Shown in pieces: positions 32,689 through 33,963 of a stretch of DNA of 33,963 nucleotides (position 1 is the stretch's first letter; every line of letters starts with the position of its first letter). The DNA lies in the NCBI GenBank assembly GCA_900088475.1, contig FLMG01001098.1:1-33963 (forward strand), in the 5' to 3' direction. The stretch comes from Hyphochytrium catenoides (Eukaryota; Protista; Hyphochytriomycota). The position numbers were made by a program, and so were the translations under genes. The notes beneath the pieces were generated by a model, which made no database searches, was not told where the DNA came from, and was given only the letters and a program-made list of their open reading frames with translations.

Positions 32689-33656
32689 ATTTCTGCTGCT
32701 TCCGGTGGCGCAATTTCGCGACGGCTACTTCCAACTCCAGCTATTCTTCTGGGCCCTCAACGTACTAGAATAGCCTAATTGTCAAGCAAGCTCCGAAATG
32801 ATCTTCGAGTGGAAGACCGCTACTTTTAGCGACGGTGCCAATTAGCCGAATAGCTGAGAGGAGAGACTGAGAGGGAATCGAGAATTGGAGACAGAGATGC
32901 AATCTCTACTGCTCTGGAAAGCTTCGCAAATCTACTGGAGACAAAAAGGAGGAACTCGTTAACGGATCTCTTGCGCAGATTATAACTCGAGTTCTGATCG
33001 TTCAGTTCCCAAATCTCAAGTCCCAACTACCAAGGGGAATTGGAACAGTTGATAGGATTGCTACTTGTAATACTTGTAAGTGTTTGAAAGAATTGGTTAT
33101 CCGACAAACTTCTGCTGGCTTTTTGAGCTCCAGATTCTCTGTTCTTCATCACCACCGGTCAATCGATAAAGTGCGTCCTCACGCCGTTGTCATCCAAAGA
33201 AGATAAAGCCTTTCTTGATGTGCTCATACAGCCATTGACCGCCAAGAAGCGTCGGCCATGTTCTGCTTCATTATCCTTCTTAATACGTCATGGCAGAGGA
33301 AATTAGGTGAGCTAGCTACGTCGTCTTCTTTTAGCACCTGATGATGGTGTTGGGGAGCATTCAATTTGTCATGGGGCTACTATTCCTCTGCTCTATGGCT
33401 AATACGTACGCTCCCAAGAAACGCTCTCAAGATGGTAACAGATAATGCTATTATTCCCATAGCAAGGTCTGTCATTCCCTTGACTCGTTGCAATCCTATT
33501 AGCAAGAAAGTCACCTGTTGTTGTCTGTCATAGTCGACATGAGCTACTCTGTGACCTTCCTATGCCCGGTTTTCCGCTCGTATGACCTTACCATACCAGA
33601 GATGCAGAAGTCCATTAGGCTTGTGACATACCCCACAAACCACAGTCTTGCCCTAT

Positions 33657-33963
33657 TCAATTGAATCCTCCGTTCACTTTGATATTTGCCCCAGTAATCC
33701 AGCGTGAACCGTTTCCAGCCAAGAATGTCACAACATCAGCAATATCATCGGGTCTGCCCAGCCGCCCCAGCGCTGCCATACTCTCAAGTCGTCGAATCTG
33801 CTCCTCTGACTTGCCAACACGAAAGAGATCGGTGTCCGTCGGGCCGGGAGAGATCACGTTGACAGTGATATTTCGGGGGCCTAGTTCCTTAGCAAGATGT
33901 CTGCAGAGCTGCTCAACCGCACCCTTTGTAGCTGCGTATACGGAGTAGGTGGGCAACATGGCT
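33657..33963 (-). CDS. Classical short-chain dehydrogenase/reductase (FabG-like), 3' part only; runs off the window
   Basis: Catalytic YAATK (YxxxK), ITVNVISPGPTDT, LGRLGRPDDIADVVTFL and WITGANIKVNGG. Confidence 0.92.
   Translation of the reverse strand, partial: AMLPTYSVYAATKGAVEQLCRHLAKELGPRNITVNVISPGPTDTDLFRVGKSEEQIRRLESMAALGRLGRPDDIADVVTFLAGNGSRWITGANIKVNGGFN

Overview
Eukaryotic chromosome-end window: TTAGGG-type repeats at the left end and short GT-AG spliceosomal introns, many with CTRAY-like branch points. The host is probably a unicellular eukaryote; a stramenopile is suggested only by inference from the element and gene families. The window starts with a composite telomere-like array (CCCTAA plus CCCGCTG) that decays inwards. 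About 8.5 kb of gene-poor subtelomere follows, including a dead DIRS/Ngaro-type tyrosine-recombinase retrotransposon (RNase H and YR relics). Next are mostly intronless accessory genes: a vWA/MIDAS protein with one intron, a ZZ-finger Q/M-rich protein, a membrane-anchored NHL beta-propeller and an orphan multi-pass membrane glycoprotein. A TA-flanked MITE with perfect TIRs follows. Two co-oriented, anciently diverged paralogues of an uncharacterised NDP-sugar pyrophosphorylase-like enzyme come next, one intronless and one with 7 introns, with a cryptic polyQ-Myb pseudogene between them. The window ends with a 5-exon Nup50/Nup2 gene and the 3' part of an SDR. Most short ORFs in the track are shadow or low-complexity ORFs. 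All calls are from manual reading; no searches were run.
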